64,000 nt of DNA, taken from assembly GCA_951406725.2 (NCBI GenBank), contig OX597838.1, positions 39,308,001 through 39,372,000 of the forward strand, given 5' to 3'. Position 1 is the first letter of the stretch, and each line of letters begins with the position of its first letter. The notes below the pieces were generated by a model that worked only from the letters and a program-made list of their open reading frames with translations, made no database searches and was not told where the DNA came from. The stretch is from Octopus vulgaris (taxonomy: Eukaryota). The position numbers and the translations under genes are program-made. Shown here one piece after another: positions 1 to 13,180 of the stretch.

Positions 1-74
1 GAACAGTTTACATACCTTCATCCCCCAGAGGAAAACTAAAAATGCAGTTTATACGGAAGTTTTGTAGACTTGCC

Positions 75-1320
75 GTACTGGCGCCATATTCCAGTATTAT
101 TATTATTATAGTGCAGCAATTCCTCCTTTCGTCACCCCTCCGCCATCCTCGATCTATCTCTCTTGGCTGTTTTTTTAATTATTTTTTCTTTTGGTCTCGG
201 ATCGCTCTGCTTTTGCTGGTTCGAGCCTTCCATTTTCCTTTTGTTTGTTATTTTTCTTTCAGTTTCTCTCTCTCTTTCTTCCTCCTCACCGTCTGATTCT
301 TCTTCATCTTCTTTACAATATTTTTAATGTGACCCAGTTGGCCACACTGGAAACATCGAGGCTTACGCCCCTCAACAAAAATATTTAGAACCTCCTCCCC
401 TATTTCTACGATTTCTGGGAGCTGTTGTAAAATATTTTGGTCAGCTTGCAGTATGAGGTTGAGCGTTTGACCAGTCTAATACGTATTCTCTGTGACGGTA
501 GCCTGCAGGAGGTTAATATTATCTTCTCCGTTTGTCAGGACTGCCGCCATCAAGCACATAGGGTTTAATCCAGGTGGAATTCTTTGTGTTCTCACCTTTG
601 ATGTTCTCATTCCCATGTAAATTGGGATTAACTTTGTGTCTTCCGACTCTAAAGATTTTACAGAGTGTTGTTGTGCCGTTTCTGCGTTCTTGAACCTCAC
701 CACGATATTTCCAAACTTCTTCCCTCTGGCTAGATATGTAATGTCCTGCCAGATGGGTTTTAAACATTTTTCAATTTTTTTTACTCACATATCTTGTAAA
801 TTCTACGAGCTTTTATGCAGAATGTCTTAAAAAATAATAATTTTTCTGTTTTTCCTCCGTTAATTCTTCTCCTGGTATTTCCACTTTTACCACTCCATCT
901 CATTCTGTTATCATTTCCTTGTATTTTGATAATTCTTTTTTGTCAGTTGACAGCTGTCGCGTTCCACTACCAGCTGCTGACGTAAAACTTTTTCTTTCTT
1001 CATTTTCAATGGTCTTTGCTTCTATATTTCTTTTGGTATCCGTAACTTTTGTTAGTGCAGGGAATTCATTTTCCGAAACATCAGAAATGTTACCACAAAT
1101 TAAACTTGCTATCTTCCTTGCTCCCCGCTCGGTCGATGAATCTTCACCCGAAGAAGACACACTTTAGGCATCTTGCCGGCAATTTATGTATTCCTCTACA
1201 GGGAAAAACCACAGATAGCTTTCGAAAGAAAATTATAATACAATTTTTAAACAATAAGTCCAACAATAGGCACAACAAGAGAGACAACAATTAACAGAAA
1301 CTTACGAACACACTCCACCA
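75..1320 (-). mobile_element. Degenerate gag-like ORF1 of a non-LTR retrotransposon (L1/Tx1-like)
   Basis: Frameshifted ORF with RRM-like region and zinc-knuckle remnant RCFQCGQLGHIK. Confidence 0.6.
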
Positions 1321-1594
1321 ATAAATTTTCGATAAAAGACAGACGAAATGCCGCAAAGCATTTCGTTCGGCGTGCTAAAGTATCTGCCAGCTTGCCGCCT
1401 TACGATATAATAATGATAATAAAACATGACATCCTCCTTCCTCTTAACTCTCTCTTCATGCTCTCACCCTATCTCTCCTCCTCACACTTTCACTTTCCCT
1501 ATTCCTGTCTCTCTCTCTCTCCCTCTCTCGCTCTCTCTCTCTCTCTCTCTCTTACTATTTCCCATGCACGATTCAAATCAGAAGTTTGACCTAC

Positions 1595-1752
1595 CACTTC
1601 AGTCAATTTATTTACTCTTTCGTTGATTTTCACACAATGAGCACGCGATTGACCCCTTTGCACACCGTGTCCACAGGGAAATCTTTCTTCTAAGCATTCA
1701 TAGAACCTGCAGTCCAAATCCTTACTGTATTGCAGGCATTCCTTAGTGACAG
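1595..1752 (-). CDS. STC: STC-like copy A exon 2 (exons 3-4 expected left of the window)
   Basis: AVTKECLQYSKDLDCRFYECLEERFPCGHGVQRGQSRAHCVKINERVNKLTEV with the same splice sites as copy B. Confidence 0.87.
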
Positions 1753-1844
1753 CTGAAAAATGGAGAAAAGAAAAAAGTAGGATGTTGTTATTGTTGTTAT
1801 TGTTGTATTAGAGGTTACTTCTAAAGCGGCGCTGATCAAACAGA

Positions 1845-2580
1845 CAGGGTGTTCGGGGTAAATTTGACAATTTTTATGTCTTCTGTTTTCCATGAACAAC
1901 TTAATGTAGCAGTGAACAGTCAACGGTGTTGGTGAGCATGTTGAGAAAAAGTTTACTGATATGGAGGACTGGAAGCCATTTGAACATTAGAGAAGAGTTC
2001 CCTGTATATTGACGACTCGTGCCGGGTGTCAGAATACTGACATCATGACCTCTGCTCAATGCTCTGTGAACATTATAAAGGCTGAAAGAAGTGACGGACA
2101 ACTGCAACGGAGATACAAAGACGTGGACGACACAACAAGCGTTCTAACTGCGCCAGCACGCCAGAACAGGGCCTTAGGCTCAATTCAGACGGTTATATGA
2201 AGCTGCTGGAAACTGTGGTTGAAAATCTGTCTGGGGAGGGTTCTACTGAAATGCCATATGTGTGGCCCACAGAATGCGATTCCTTGCCACACCTCCGGAA
2301 AGTCTGAAATTGGAGAATCCTTACAACTTTACGACTTCACCAGACCAAATTTCTGGACTTCTAATTCCCTCAATTTTAATACCATGGATTATTATGTGTG
2401 GGGTGCGGTTGAAAAAGATATCATCTGCACCGCTTGCAGCACCATGGCCGAGCTAGTGACCAAGTTAAAGAAAGTGCTTGAAGATCTTCCCACGGACTCA
2501 GTGAGTTGACGCATGCGCTAGGCTTTGGAGTCGTCTTGAGGCCGTGGTGGAAAGTGAGGGCGACTACTTTGAATAAACCA
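1845..2580 (+). mobile_element. Tc1/mariner-superfamily transposase remnant
   Basis: FWTSNSLNFNTMDYYVWGAVEK matches WPPNSPDLNPxDYxVWG; duplicate at about 36560-37255. Confidence 0.7.
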
Positions 2581-2718
2581 TTATTTCATAGCTAAGGCAA
2601 CAAAACTATGTAGCATATAGAAGCGAAGACCCAAACTTCTGAATGGTGTTGGGTGGTGTGCGACAAACACACACAAACACACGCACACACACACACATAC
2701 ACATACACATACATAAAC

Positions 2719-2784
<66 letters not shown>

Positions 2785-2792
2785 ATCATATA

Positions 2793-2873
<81 letters not shown>

Positions 2874-3041
2874 CGGGTAGCTTTATGAAAATAAACAAAA
2901 GACGAAGGCAGGTGGAATACAAACAAACAATTGTATTAGTATGGCGCTCAGGAGTATAAATAAAACAAGTCTTTAACGTTTCGAGCCTACGCTCTTCAAC
3001 AGAAAGATACACAGAGAAGAAACACAGAAAGAAGGAGAGAA

Positions 3042-3093
<52 letters not shown>

Positions 3094-3548
3094 AATAAAG
3101 ATAATATCGATATTTGAATATCGATATTATCAATTGAAAAAATACCGTACAAAGGTAATAATTTTTTTACAAATAAAAATAAGGGTGTCTGAGAGACACC
3201 ACCATGCCGAAATAGCAGTCAAAACCCTGACTTTAAAAACGTGCATATATATGTGTGTATGGACGTTCGTATATGTAAGTATAACGTTTGTTCTGCATAT
3301 ATATATCTGTATTTATGAACTTCTGATATATTCATCCGATGACGGTAAAGCTTATTTAAAGCAAAACCAGAAATCCTGGATCTTGAATTATTCAATAATA
3401 TTTTTTGCTAGTCTATTTTGTCCCTCTGTCTTATCTCATGGTACGATATGAACATTTAACGTGGTTTTTAAAGTCAGGGTTTTGACTGCTATTTCGGCAT
3501 GGTCGTGTCTCTCAGGCACCCTTATTTTTAGTTGTATATGTATCCTGA

Positions 3549-3795
3549 GGTTCTATCCTGTTGCTAATGAAGTTTTGAGCTTTAGCTCTTTCAGCGACAT
3601 GATGGAGGAAGTAGTTCCTACATGCTGCACCAAAATGCAGCATATGTGCAGCGGCATGGCTGTGTGGTCTGAAACTTGCTTTCCAATCACGTGGTTCATG
3701 GTTTAGTCTCACTGTATGGCACGTTTGGCAAGTGTTTTCTACTTAGCTTCGGCCCGATCAAAGCTGTGGTAGACGGAAACTTAAAGAAGCCCGTC

Positions 3796-3838
<43 letters not shown>

Positions 3839-4187
3839 GGTTAAACAACAAGTTGCTTCACCACATTACAAAAATTTAGAAATAGCAGCCAGAAGACTGC
3901 TCATTTCTTTTTACTACTTACATGACTCCACAGATAACAATATTTGTAACTCACATAGGCAAAAAGAAGAAAAATAACGAAATCAAACAGTCTTCGATTG
4001 ATTATGAACGCACGTGCCATACAGTGAGACTAAACCATGAACCACGTGATTGGAAAGCAAGTTTCAGACCACACAGCCATGCCGCTGCACATATGCTGCA
4101 TTTTGGTGCAGCATGTAGGAACTACTTCCTCCATCATGTCGCTGAAAGAGCTAAAGCTCAAAACTTCATTAGCAACAGGATAGAACC
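3549..4187. repeat. 176-bp inverted repeat (3549-3724 / 4012-4187), apparently perfect
   Basis: Arms read as exact reverse complements; mirrored ORFs 3512-/3922+. Confidence 0.9.
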
Positions 4188-4449
4188 AGTGCGATCCAAT
4201 TCCTTGACGTTTCAAAGTTGTGATTGATGTCAAACATCAATTAACTCCGAATTCAATAACAAACCTCCATTTAGTAAGGTATTTCCATTTTGTTGAATCG
4301 CTGTATGTATGCATGCATGTATGTATGTATGCATGTAGGTATGTATGTATGAATGTATGTTTATATGTACATACATACGTGTATGTATATATGTGTGTGT
4401 ATGTATTCATATATGTCTATGTATGTGTATGTATGTGTACATGTATGTA

Positions 4450-4479
<30 letters not shown>

Positions 4480-4480
<1 letters not shown>

Positions 4481-4707
4481 TTCTTTACTGGCCACAAGGG
4501 GCTAGACATAGAGGGGACAAACAAGGACAGACAAAGGGATTAAGTCGATTACATCGACCCCAGTGCGTAACTGGTACTTTATTTATCGACCACGAAAGGA
4601 TGAAAGTCAAAATCGACCTCGGCGGAATTTGAACTCAGAACGTAACGGCAGACGAAATACGGCTACGCATTTCGCCCGGCGTGCTAACGTTTCTGCCAGC
4701 TCACCGC

Positions 4708-4709
<2 letters not shown>
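4480..4709 (-). mobile_element. tRNA-derived SINE, family 2 (other copies about 20620-20790, 23930-24220, 32190-32375, 33110-33245, 50600-50770)
   Basis: Head GCGGTGAGCTGGCAGAAACG..GAGTTCAAATTCC (A/B-box like), multiple dispersed copies. Confidence 0.75.
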
Positions 4710-4784
<75 letters not shown>

Positions 4785-4789
4785 CATAT

Positions 4790-4837
<48 letters not shown>

Positions 4838-4844
4838 GTATACG

Positions 4845-5430
4845 TGAAATTGATTAATAATTAATTAATTTTACCCTCAATTGTTGAAATTATAATTAAT
4901 CTCCCTCTAATTAATGCTTCGGATTTTACCGAAATAAGCATAGTGTTTGATGATTTTAACCCACGCTGGTGGAAAGGGGAGAACAGAAATTCTTCGCTTG
5001 CTTATTTGAGTTTGTTGGCACTGTTAGTTACGAGCAGATCTTCGAAAGGGTATGTTCTTACTTTCAGTGTTTTCAAATCCAAACTAAGGAGTTTCTGAGC
5101 TGATGATAGAAGTGTCGTTTTGACTAATCTTGAAACGTACGTTCTCAAATAACCTTTGCATTTGATTTTTTGATGTCCTTACCCCCAAACTTTTGTGAGT
5201 TGAGTCAAGCAAACACTATATGAGAGAGATTTTCTTTAAGTATTAGAAATAGTTTAAAAAAAATTTTTTTAGCTGCTATTTCTAATGAGTTCAGTATGTG
5301 GCAAAGTAATTTATTTTACTAAGCCCTTTTATATAATGTAATAATTTGAATTCGCCTTGAATGGTCCCTTTGCATACTGAACACTTGGTGAAATTGATTA
5401 ATAATTAATTAATTTTACCCTCAATTGTTG

Positions 5431-5437
<7 letters not shown>
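4845..5437 (+). mobile_element. Non-autonomous PLE pLTR-like element in (TA)n with about 50-bp terminal direct repeat and hammerhead
   Basis: TGAAATTGATTAATAATT..GAAATTATA at both ends; hammerhead core at 5096-5147. Confidence 0.6.
5096..5147 (+). ncRNA. Minimal type I hammerhead ribozyme
   Basis: UGAG-CUGAUGA-stem II-GAAAC-GUAC-GUU-CUCA. Confidence 0.65.
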
Positions 5438-5496
<59 letters not shown>

Positions 5497-5519
5497 CATA
5501 TAGCCACATATATATATAA

Positions 5520-6470
5520 AATGTAAAACAGATAAATTAAGAAATGGCGTCAAACGCAGGTGTTATTCAAACCATTTATACTTCCAACATATGTTTCGAA
5601 GAAAGCATTGAGATTATGCCAGAGGGAATAAAAATGATGTATAACAATGCAGTCATCTCGTCATCGAAAAGAAGAGAAAAAAGCCGTTAATAGATTTAAC
5701 GTCAAAGGTAATTTAGAGAAGGAGAAGAAAGAAAGATATTAACAGAAAATTAACAGTGGAGAAATATGGTACGGTATATGAATGAGAATAAATCTTAAAA
5801 GTGTGGAAATAGTTATATGTAGTGGAAAATAAATGTAAGAAGACAGTTAAAGGTTGAATGTAATAAATTGGTAGAAATTACTCATAGGAACTAAAGGTAT
5901 GTTTTTACCAATGTTTACAACGATAAACGTGTTCTTTAAACGTGTTTAAAAGAGTTTTCTCCGAGAAAAGGATGAGAAATTGTTCTTCGTTACAGTGAGG
6001 ACAAAAAGATTTGCCTTTGTCATATGGGAAGGATCTAGATAGAATTTTTCATTCCAAATGGAATTCTCTATTATATTCTTTTAGAGAGTAAATTAATTGA
6101 CTAAGCCCAGTATTGTTGCATTTTTTGATATATGTAAATGTAGAGTAATGCTTAGATATTCTTTTCGACGACCGAGATGAAGAACTACATGTGTAAAAGT
6201 AGACAGCAGAACCGGAAGTGATTTTACATTGATAAGCAGTGTTTCCAGTCTTAGAATTTCTGAGAAGGAAACGAATACGATTCGAATTTATATCAGAAAT
6301 ACTAATATTGTTGTTATTATTGTTCAAAGAATGGTTAGTGTTAATAATATCAATGCTATTATCTTTATTACTTAACAACTTATTGTTATGCGAAGAGATG
6401 ATTTGTGAATGGGTTTTGATATAACAAAGGTAAAATTTTGTATATTCGAAATCTACATGATATATCACAT
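5520..6470 (-). mobile_element. Penelope-like element 3' fragment (GIY-YIG remnant plus pLTR)
   Basis: ORF 6049..6468 homologous to the C-terminus of the 45781..48027 PLE; degenerate hammerhead near 5580-5672. Confidence 0.7.
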
Positions 6471-6499
6471 ATTCGTAGAAAATTTCATTAAAAAATATC

Positions 6500-8614
6500 C
6501 TGTTTTCTGAAAGTTATGATCATCCAATGTCTGATGGGGTTAGAAATCTGTAGTTATGCCAAATTGTCTACAATATCAAGGTCAGCGAAAAGAATGTCTC
6601 TGCCGAGGAAAAAAAGAGATAGCGGCAGAAACTGAAGCGTGCCAAGAAATGAACAGACTGTGCACTACAAAAGTCAGCGCATCTCAAAGTAATTAACAGT
6701 GGTATGCACGACTAACAACGAATAGGATCTCCTCGGCAGAACGAAGAGGAGTTGCAACAGCTCCGAGGAGCAACATCTATGAAGCAGCTTTCAATTATGA
6801 TCCAGCCGTTCATTATGCATATGACACTAGAGTTTCCATTGGTGCAATGACAACTGAATGCATACATTGTAAAGCAAAGAAGTAGTCTGGAGAGACACCT
6901 GCACTGGGCTGCAGTGGTGGAAAGGTTAAACTCCCTGCAATCCCCCAACCTCCAAAGCTATTGAAGAAACTGTTGTCATCAACTGACCAAGATCTCAAGC
7001 ACTTCCAAAACGAAAGTAGACAGTGCAGTGCTGCACTACAGATGACATCATTTAGATCCACAAGCGATATAACTGAGCCAGGATTCTTGCAAACTTGCAA
7101 ACTTTCTCTACTACCTCTGTCAAATGAATCACCATAATTCCTTCAAATATATTTTTATGGGTGATTCTCAACAAGAAGGGTAAGAGAGGTGTAAGAACAT
7201 TTCCGGAATCAGGATGAACATTGTAGTGTCTCTGCAGAAGCTGTTGCATAACAACAACAACAACAACCTGATCAGAAGCTTGAAAACTGCACTTGAAACA
7301 ATTCCACCTGACTCCATGGATTACAAGGTAGATATCAGATCAGACAAGAAACCATCTGGTCAGCATGGAGGGAGGTTTAATGTACCAACAGCAAATGAAA
7401 TAGCTGTGCTTCTGATAGGGCAAGAACATGACAAGCGTGACATTGTCCTCCATCTCAGAGACAGCACACTGACGGACACAGTCCAACTAAAAATGGCAGT
7501 TCCCAAAAATACCACACTCACATCATTCTTCAAGCTCTGTCAAGATGATTAATTTGCTACAAGACGGCTATACAATGAAGTTCTACAGTTCTATACCTGG
7601 TACCGAAGCAAATGTGCTCCTGGTGCACCCATACATCATCTGGGAATCAAGAAATCAGACATACTTGGCAGGGTCTATGTTGTCCATCCCAACTACTCAG
7701 AGTGCTACTATCTAAGGCTTCTGTTACACCATGTCAAGGGACCCACATAATTTACAGCCTTACATATGGTTGATAACACAGTACGTCAAACATAGCGCCG
7801 GGCTCACCATCTCAGAGGTCTTCTGGAAGATGATGCACAATGGGAAGTTACTGTGACAGAGGTACAAATGTGCAAGTCTCCTATGCAGTTGAGAAACCTC
7901 TCCTCCATCATGGCAACATGGAATGTCTTCATTCCAATGACACCTGTCATCTCAAATGATCTCCACTTTCAGTTCAGGAGACTGCAGTTTCCTGTCAAAC
8001 TAAGCTTTGCAATGTCTATCAACAAAGCTCAAGGTCAATCTCAAAAGGTGGTGGGACTTAACTTCCTTCAAACTTGCTTCTCATGTGGTCAGCTGTATGT
8101 TGGATGTTCTGGGGATGGAAATTGAAAAGAACCTTTGCATTCTCAGTGATAAACATGACAGAACAGAAAGACACAGTATATGAAGACTTACGTACATGAA
8201 TTGGTCATATACAGAAATGTAAGAACACCATTGAGTGTTAAATTATTACATTTTCACTTTTCGACTGACATGCGTCAATGTATATCTGTGCGTATAAAAG
8301 TGAAACAATAACGTGATATATTCGTTGTGTGTGTGTGTGTGTACTCTACGCACGGCTTTTCGTTGTGTATAATCTGTAACTGATTCTGGTTGCGCAATAA
8401 GTTAGACGAAATTGTATTTACTTTACATACATACATGAGTTGAAAACTTTCTTTTCACATTTCACTTCACGTCTATTATTCCATGCTGGCATGGGTTGCA
8501 GAGTTGTAGGAAGCTGGTATCTCAGCTACCAGCTGTTGAGACCTGCGTAATCTAGACGCATTTTAAAATTTTATTGTTTTCTTTAACCCGGACAACGCCG
8601 AGTATTTCTGCTAG
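6500..8614 (+). mobile_element. Degenerate Helitron (RepHel/PIF1 fragments)
   Basis: GRFNVPTANEIAVL..RDIVLH; FRRLQFPVKLSFAMSINKAQGQS; 3' hairpin plus CTAG at 8611-8614. Confidence 0.85.
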
Positions 8615-8712
8615 TGTGTGTGTGTGTGTGTGTGTGTGCATCGTTCAGTTGTTCATAAGTGAGGAAAAAGTCACACTCTAAACATTTTTTCAGCAGTAAT
8701 ATTTTATGTTAT

Positions 8713-9178
8713 GTAGTCATCGTTTATGACCGGTCAGAAAGATACCATTGGATTCTTGTCTATTATTTCTTATCAATATAGACGACACATCAGAGGTGCT
8801 GGTCGGAGGTACATAACTTTATTACTTGTGGAGCTAAGAATAGTGTCTGGGTCAGCCAGTTGTAAAAGAGATATAAAATTCCCCGCTCGTTGATTAGTAA
8901 ACGGAAATCGTATATCAGCTGAATCTTTTGTGACACAACTGGAACCGATCAAAGGAAGATACCTCCATCTTGTCTGGAAGGAGTTTTCGCTACTAAGTCT
9001 TTAGTTTCAGGTGGTTTTGTTGTTTTTCTTTTCTTTGACTGACTAGCCAAAACTCTAATTCTAGTTTCATTAGGAAAAGGGGCTATGTGCCTTGGGCCCA
9101 AAGGTCGTCTTTATTGCTTAGAACGATAATAAACCCGAAATCAATGATAACTTTTTGACCGGCCATAGCAATGACTAC
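8713..9178. mobile_element. MITE-like element with about 75-bp imperfect terminal inverted repeats
   Basis: GTAGTCATCGTTTATGACCGGTCAGAAAG.. versus ..CTTTTTGACCGGCCATAGCAATGACTAC. Confidence 0.6.
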
Positions 9179-9336
9179 GTTAAATAAATATATATATATA
9201 CGTATATTTTTATAAATTTTGTTGTGTCTTGGGAGAGTCATACTGCCTTAATATCTGACACACGCCCCCGGTTTTAATTTCCATTCATCTATCATATATA
9301 TATTTTTAAATTGCCTTTGCTTTTGCAACCTTGTTG

Positions 9337-9443
<107 letters not shown>

Positions 9444-9955
9444 AAAGGATGTGTTGTAATACTATTCTACATATACAAAATCAGCCATACCAACAGTCCA
9501 ACATACCTCCATTATCAGCTGCCCCTCGAATATCATTATAGTTACATGTGCATATACATATATGTATACATATACACACAATCACGCTTATATACATAAA
9601 TATATATTCATATACCTACGCATACTTACATACATATATACTTATATGTATAGAACAAACAGCTATATTAGTATAACGCTCAGAAATAGAAAAGTCTTTT
9701 ACATTGCGAGCCTACGCTCTTCTACAGAGAGGGACACAAAAAAAGGGAGAGAAACCCGGGGAGAAAAATTGTGTGTAGTGGCTAACGATCTATCATGGCG
9801 TCTATATATATATATATATGTTTTTTCTGCTGTGATTTTTGCTACCCAGGTATCGGTTAAACTTTTGAATAATCCGTAACAAGATAATTCATCTTTCCAT
9901 TTCAACAAACATATATATATATATATAACATACGGTCATACTGCAATACACTAAC

Positions 9956-10061
9956 CTGCTTGGGGTTTTTCCTCTGCTTCCCAATCGAGTTCAGTCCGAA
10001 AATAAAATCCTTGAGAGGTTAATGCCCATTGCAGTAAAATAATTGAGAAAAGCTTCCACAT
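9956..10061 (-). CDS. STC: STC-like copy A exon 1
   Basis: [35 protein letters not shown] + G|GTTAGT; 106 nt like copy B. Confidence 0.85.
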
Positions 10062-10195
10062 ACTTCGTATTTCTTTCTCTTCGCTTAGATACAATGTCTT
10101 CTGTTGCTAAGATCGTGATCTTCTCTCTTCAAGTTCCTTTCTCCAAGTCTATCGATGATGTCAGCTGTCAGTGGTTTCGTTTAGCTCTCTCCTGC

Positions 10196-10234
<39 letters not shown>

Positions 10235-10432
10235 CGTGTGTGTGTATAGGCATATAGATATATAGACATAAATATATATACATGTTTATGCATTTATGTA
10301 AATACATAGACGTATATATATACATATATGTACATACATATATGTATATATATATTTGCCAATGGATATGTGGATATGTATGAATATGCATATATGTGTG
10401 TATCATAGATAGATAGCTAGATAGGTAGATAC

Positions 10433-10489
<57 letters not shown>

Positions 10490-10813
10490 CAGACATGACA
10501 AGCTGTTAGTCTATATTATATTAATTGATGTAATATATAGATGATAAGCGTAACTCATGTTCCTTGGAGGAACACTTTGAAAGGAGAGAGTGGGAGACCC
10601 ATCCATCAGCTGTATTCAGGAGTCAAGCAGGGATATTTACGAACCTGTGTATTCATTGAGTTGCTTTCCATCATTTGGTGTCATTAGATAAACTGTTGCA
10701 TCGGATGTATAGGAAAAATATGTAAGTTCTGCATTTATTCAATCACAATGCAATAATTTCAGTTCAAAACATTACTAATAAAAGTGGCTGCTATCTATTT
10801 TCTAGGGAAGTGG

Positions 10814-10873
<60 letters not shown>

Positions 10874-10956
10874 AAGATCGACAGATAGATAGATAAATAG
10901 ATAGATAGATAGATAGACAGAGAGTCAGATAGATAGATAGTTAGATAGATAGATAG

Positions 10957-11067
<111 letters not shown>

Positions 11068-11189
11068 CAGACAAACAAGATGTGTGAGATTTCTGAGGAC
11101 TTATTTGGAGGTTTAATAAAAAACAATCTCTAATCTAGCAAAGAAAGAATATATTTTAAGATAATTTGCGCAGATGTTCTTGATAAGCT

Positions 11190-11550
11190 TTCTTATGAGA
11201 TTATTTTATAAATCCGCCTTCAGCTTCGACGATTTCTTTAATGCACGAACACAATCGTTCACTTGCCTGCCTAAAATGGTTATTCATTTCGAGCATCATC
11301 CGGGTATTGGTGAAATTCAGCCAAGCTGTGGAAATTGAGTCGATTGGTTTCGATCTCAACAATACTCCAATCCTAGTAGTCCATTGAATTAAAACCTCAT
11401 GATTCTTGGAGTTTTGGTGTTCTATGATCGTAATTATTATCTCACAATCATTCTTGAGCTACGTTATCTTTATAAAGATACTGTCTTGGCCTTCAGTTGT
11501 GTACTTCATTCATCCAGGCCTTAAGAACCGTATTAATTCCGAGACGCTGT
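11190..11550 (-). mobile_element. Tc1/mariner C-terminal remnant
   Basis: Translates FNSMDY*DWSIVE and EIVEAEGGFIK*. Confidence 0.5.
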
Positions 11551-11630
11551 GGAAATAGGTGACGTGACATGACAGGACTTTTGTTACTAAGTTCGTCATA
11601 GCTGCTTGGAAACTTGTGTGCATCCCTCTG

Positions 11631-12080
11631 TTAAAAGTGGACGTTGTGTTAGGACACAAAATACTGCGAGAGTTATCATGAGAGAAACTCTCATATTGAT
11701 TTTCGGTGCGTAAAATCACTCTTCTTTATATCGCGAGCGAGGAGCTAAATCACTCGCCCTCGACACCGCTAAGGCTACCAGATCGCGGGATTTTGGCAAT
11801 CCCTGGATTTGTGGATGGTAGACGCTCCAACCCTGGAGATTACAGCGATATCTCTGCAAACGATATACATAGAATCACGGTATCTAACCAGGCATTGGCG
11901 TTGAGAATAGCCAGTGGGCTTATTAAGAAATAATTACTATTTTGAAAAGCAGTATTAATATCGAAAGGTAATATTTATTCCTACTTAAAAGTGGATGTTG
12001 TTTCAGAACACAAAATACTACGAAAGTCACAATAATTACCATGAGACAACCTTTCATATGGGCTTTTGATGAGTATATAA
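11631..12080 (+). ncRNA. Candidate structured-RNA tandem repeat, subtype 1 (one 354-nt unit plus a partial unit)
   Basis: TTAAAAGTGGA(C/T)GTTG recurs at 11631 and 11985. Hairpins at 11644-11659, 11678-11694, 11737-11757, 11787-11803, 11825-11838 and 11893-11916 are largely maintained in diverged copies. Confidence 0.45.
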
Positions 12081-13180
12081 ATGTGTGTGTGTATGTGTGT
12101 GTGCGTGTGTGTGTGCGTGTTGTGAAAACCACAAGTCTTGTGAAATACAGCTACTCAGGGAAAAATGACCAACAAAGATATTAGTGGTAACGATGTGTCA
12201 GGTGGCTTGTTTTTAAATTTTTGAATTTGGCTAAGATGTATTTCTTAAAATGCAGATATAACGAATAAAATTTGTTCCGGAAATTACGTAAACTTTGGAG
12301 GACCTTAAGTTCTTTCAGAGATATAGTTTCACGAGAGATCATATAGAAGAGATTTGTTTAAATAATTAATATAGGGTCTGGTTTTCAAAATGATTTTCCA
12401 TTTGATGTCGTAGCTGGTTCCCTCGTCTTTAAGATTCCAGATTTATAACAAAGCCGTTTAGATTTAAATGAGCCTTATCACTCATAATCAGGTTGTGAAT
12501 AAAATCACCTTCTTGCTTTGCTAATTGTTGTTTCTGGGCAGCATACACAAATCGCATCTGATAATCTGCTGGGTTTAGTTCCTGAACCAGCTGCACTTTA
12601 TAAATTTAGTATCCTTTGACTCCCCTGTGGTGAACTTCGCGATACACCAAGCTACTGGGAACCGCCATTGGGCTGGTGGTGAAAGCTTTTCTTCTATGCT
12701 CAACCGTACACGTTGAATGTTGTTCTGAGACTTCCCTGAGCCCAGCCTTTCCGTTCGTGGTAATCCTGTTACAGCCCTCTATGGTTTAAACCGTCAGAAT
12801 AAACTGAGAATCGCTTCTTCTTTGATGGTCAATGTCAGAATCCAAAATGGCGAATGTATATCCTTTGGGTTAACACAATTGATTGTTGATATTCTTGATA
12901 AAATTCGATTATTTTTACTCGTTGCTTTATCGTAACTTTCTCTACGATTATTTTCCAAGAAGTACAGGTCAATAATCTGAAACAAAATAACTGAAAAATC
13001 AATTGTAAATGAGTTATTATATTTAAAATGGACTTGTTCCTTTTGGACTACGCTGTGTGTGTGTGGGTGTTTGTGTATGCATGTGTGCGCGCGTGAGCCT
13101 GTGTCTGTCTCTTTGTGTCTTTGTCTGTGTCTGTTCCTCTGTGTGTGTCTGCGTCTGTGTGTGTGTCTATGTGTCTGTGT

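Larger units (their letters stand above)
1..2648. repeat. Segmental duplication, direct copy of about 34735-37319 (contains STC-like exon 2)
   Basis: Near-identical sequence and paired ORF-track entries. Confidence 0.95.

Noticed and set aside
11631-11722. Resemblance to a permuted twister ribozyme (GUG-GA-CGU, hairpin, AAA-UAC-UGC)
   Set aside because: The P4 loop does not fit the U-NNN-AAGC consensus and a nested pairing explains the same bases; not claimed unless an Infernal twister search or cleavage assay is positive
11706-11933. Repeat unit as a 117-118 aa protein repeat (ORFs 11706+, 42333+, 49836-; signal-like MRVSLMITLAVFCV on the minus strand)
   Set aside because: Stops in the frames examined, no third-position bias between subtypes and no splice signals; base-pair conservation explains it better
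11918-11993. Hammerhead-like three-way junction with GAAA..CUA in the repeat
   Set aside because: No CUGANGA core, and GAAA is not kept in subtype 2
12200-13040. Possible degenerate TE or exon
   Set aside because: No recognisable motif or open spliceable frame found
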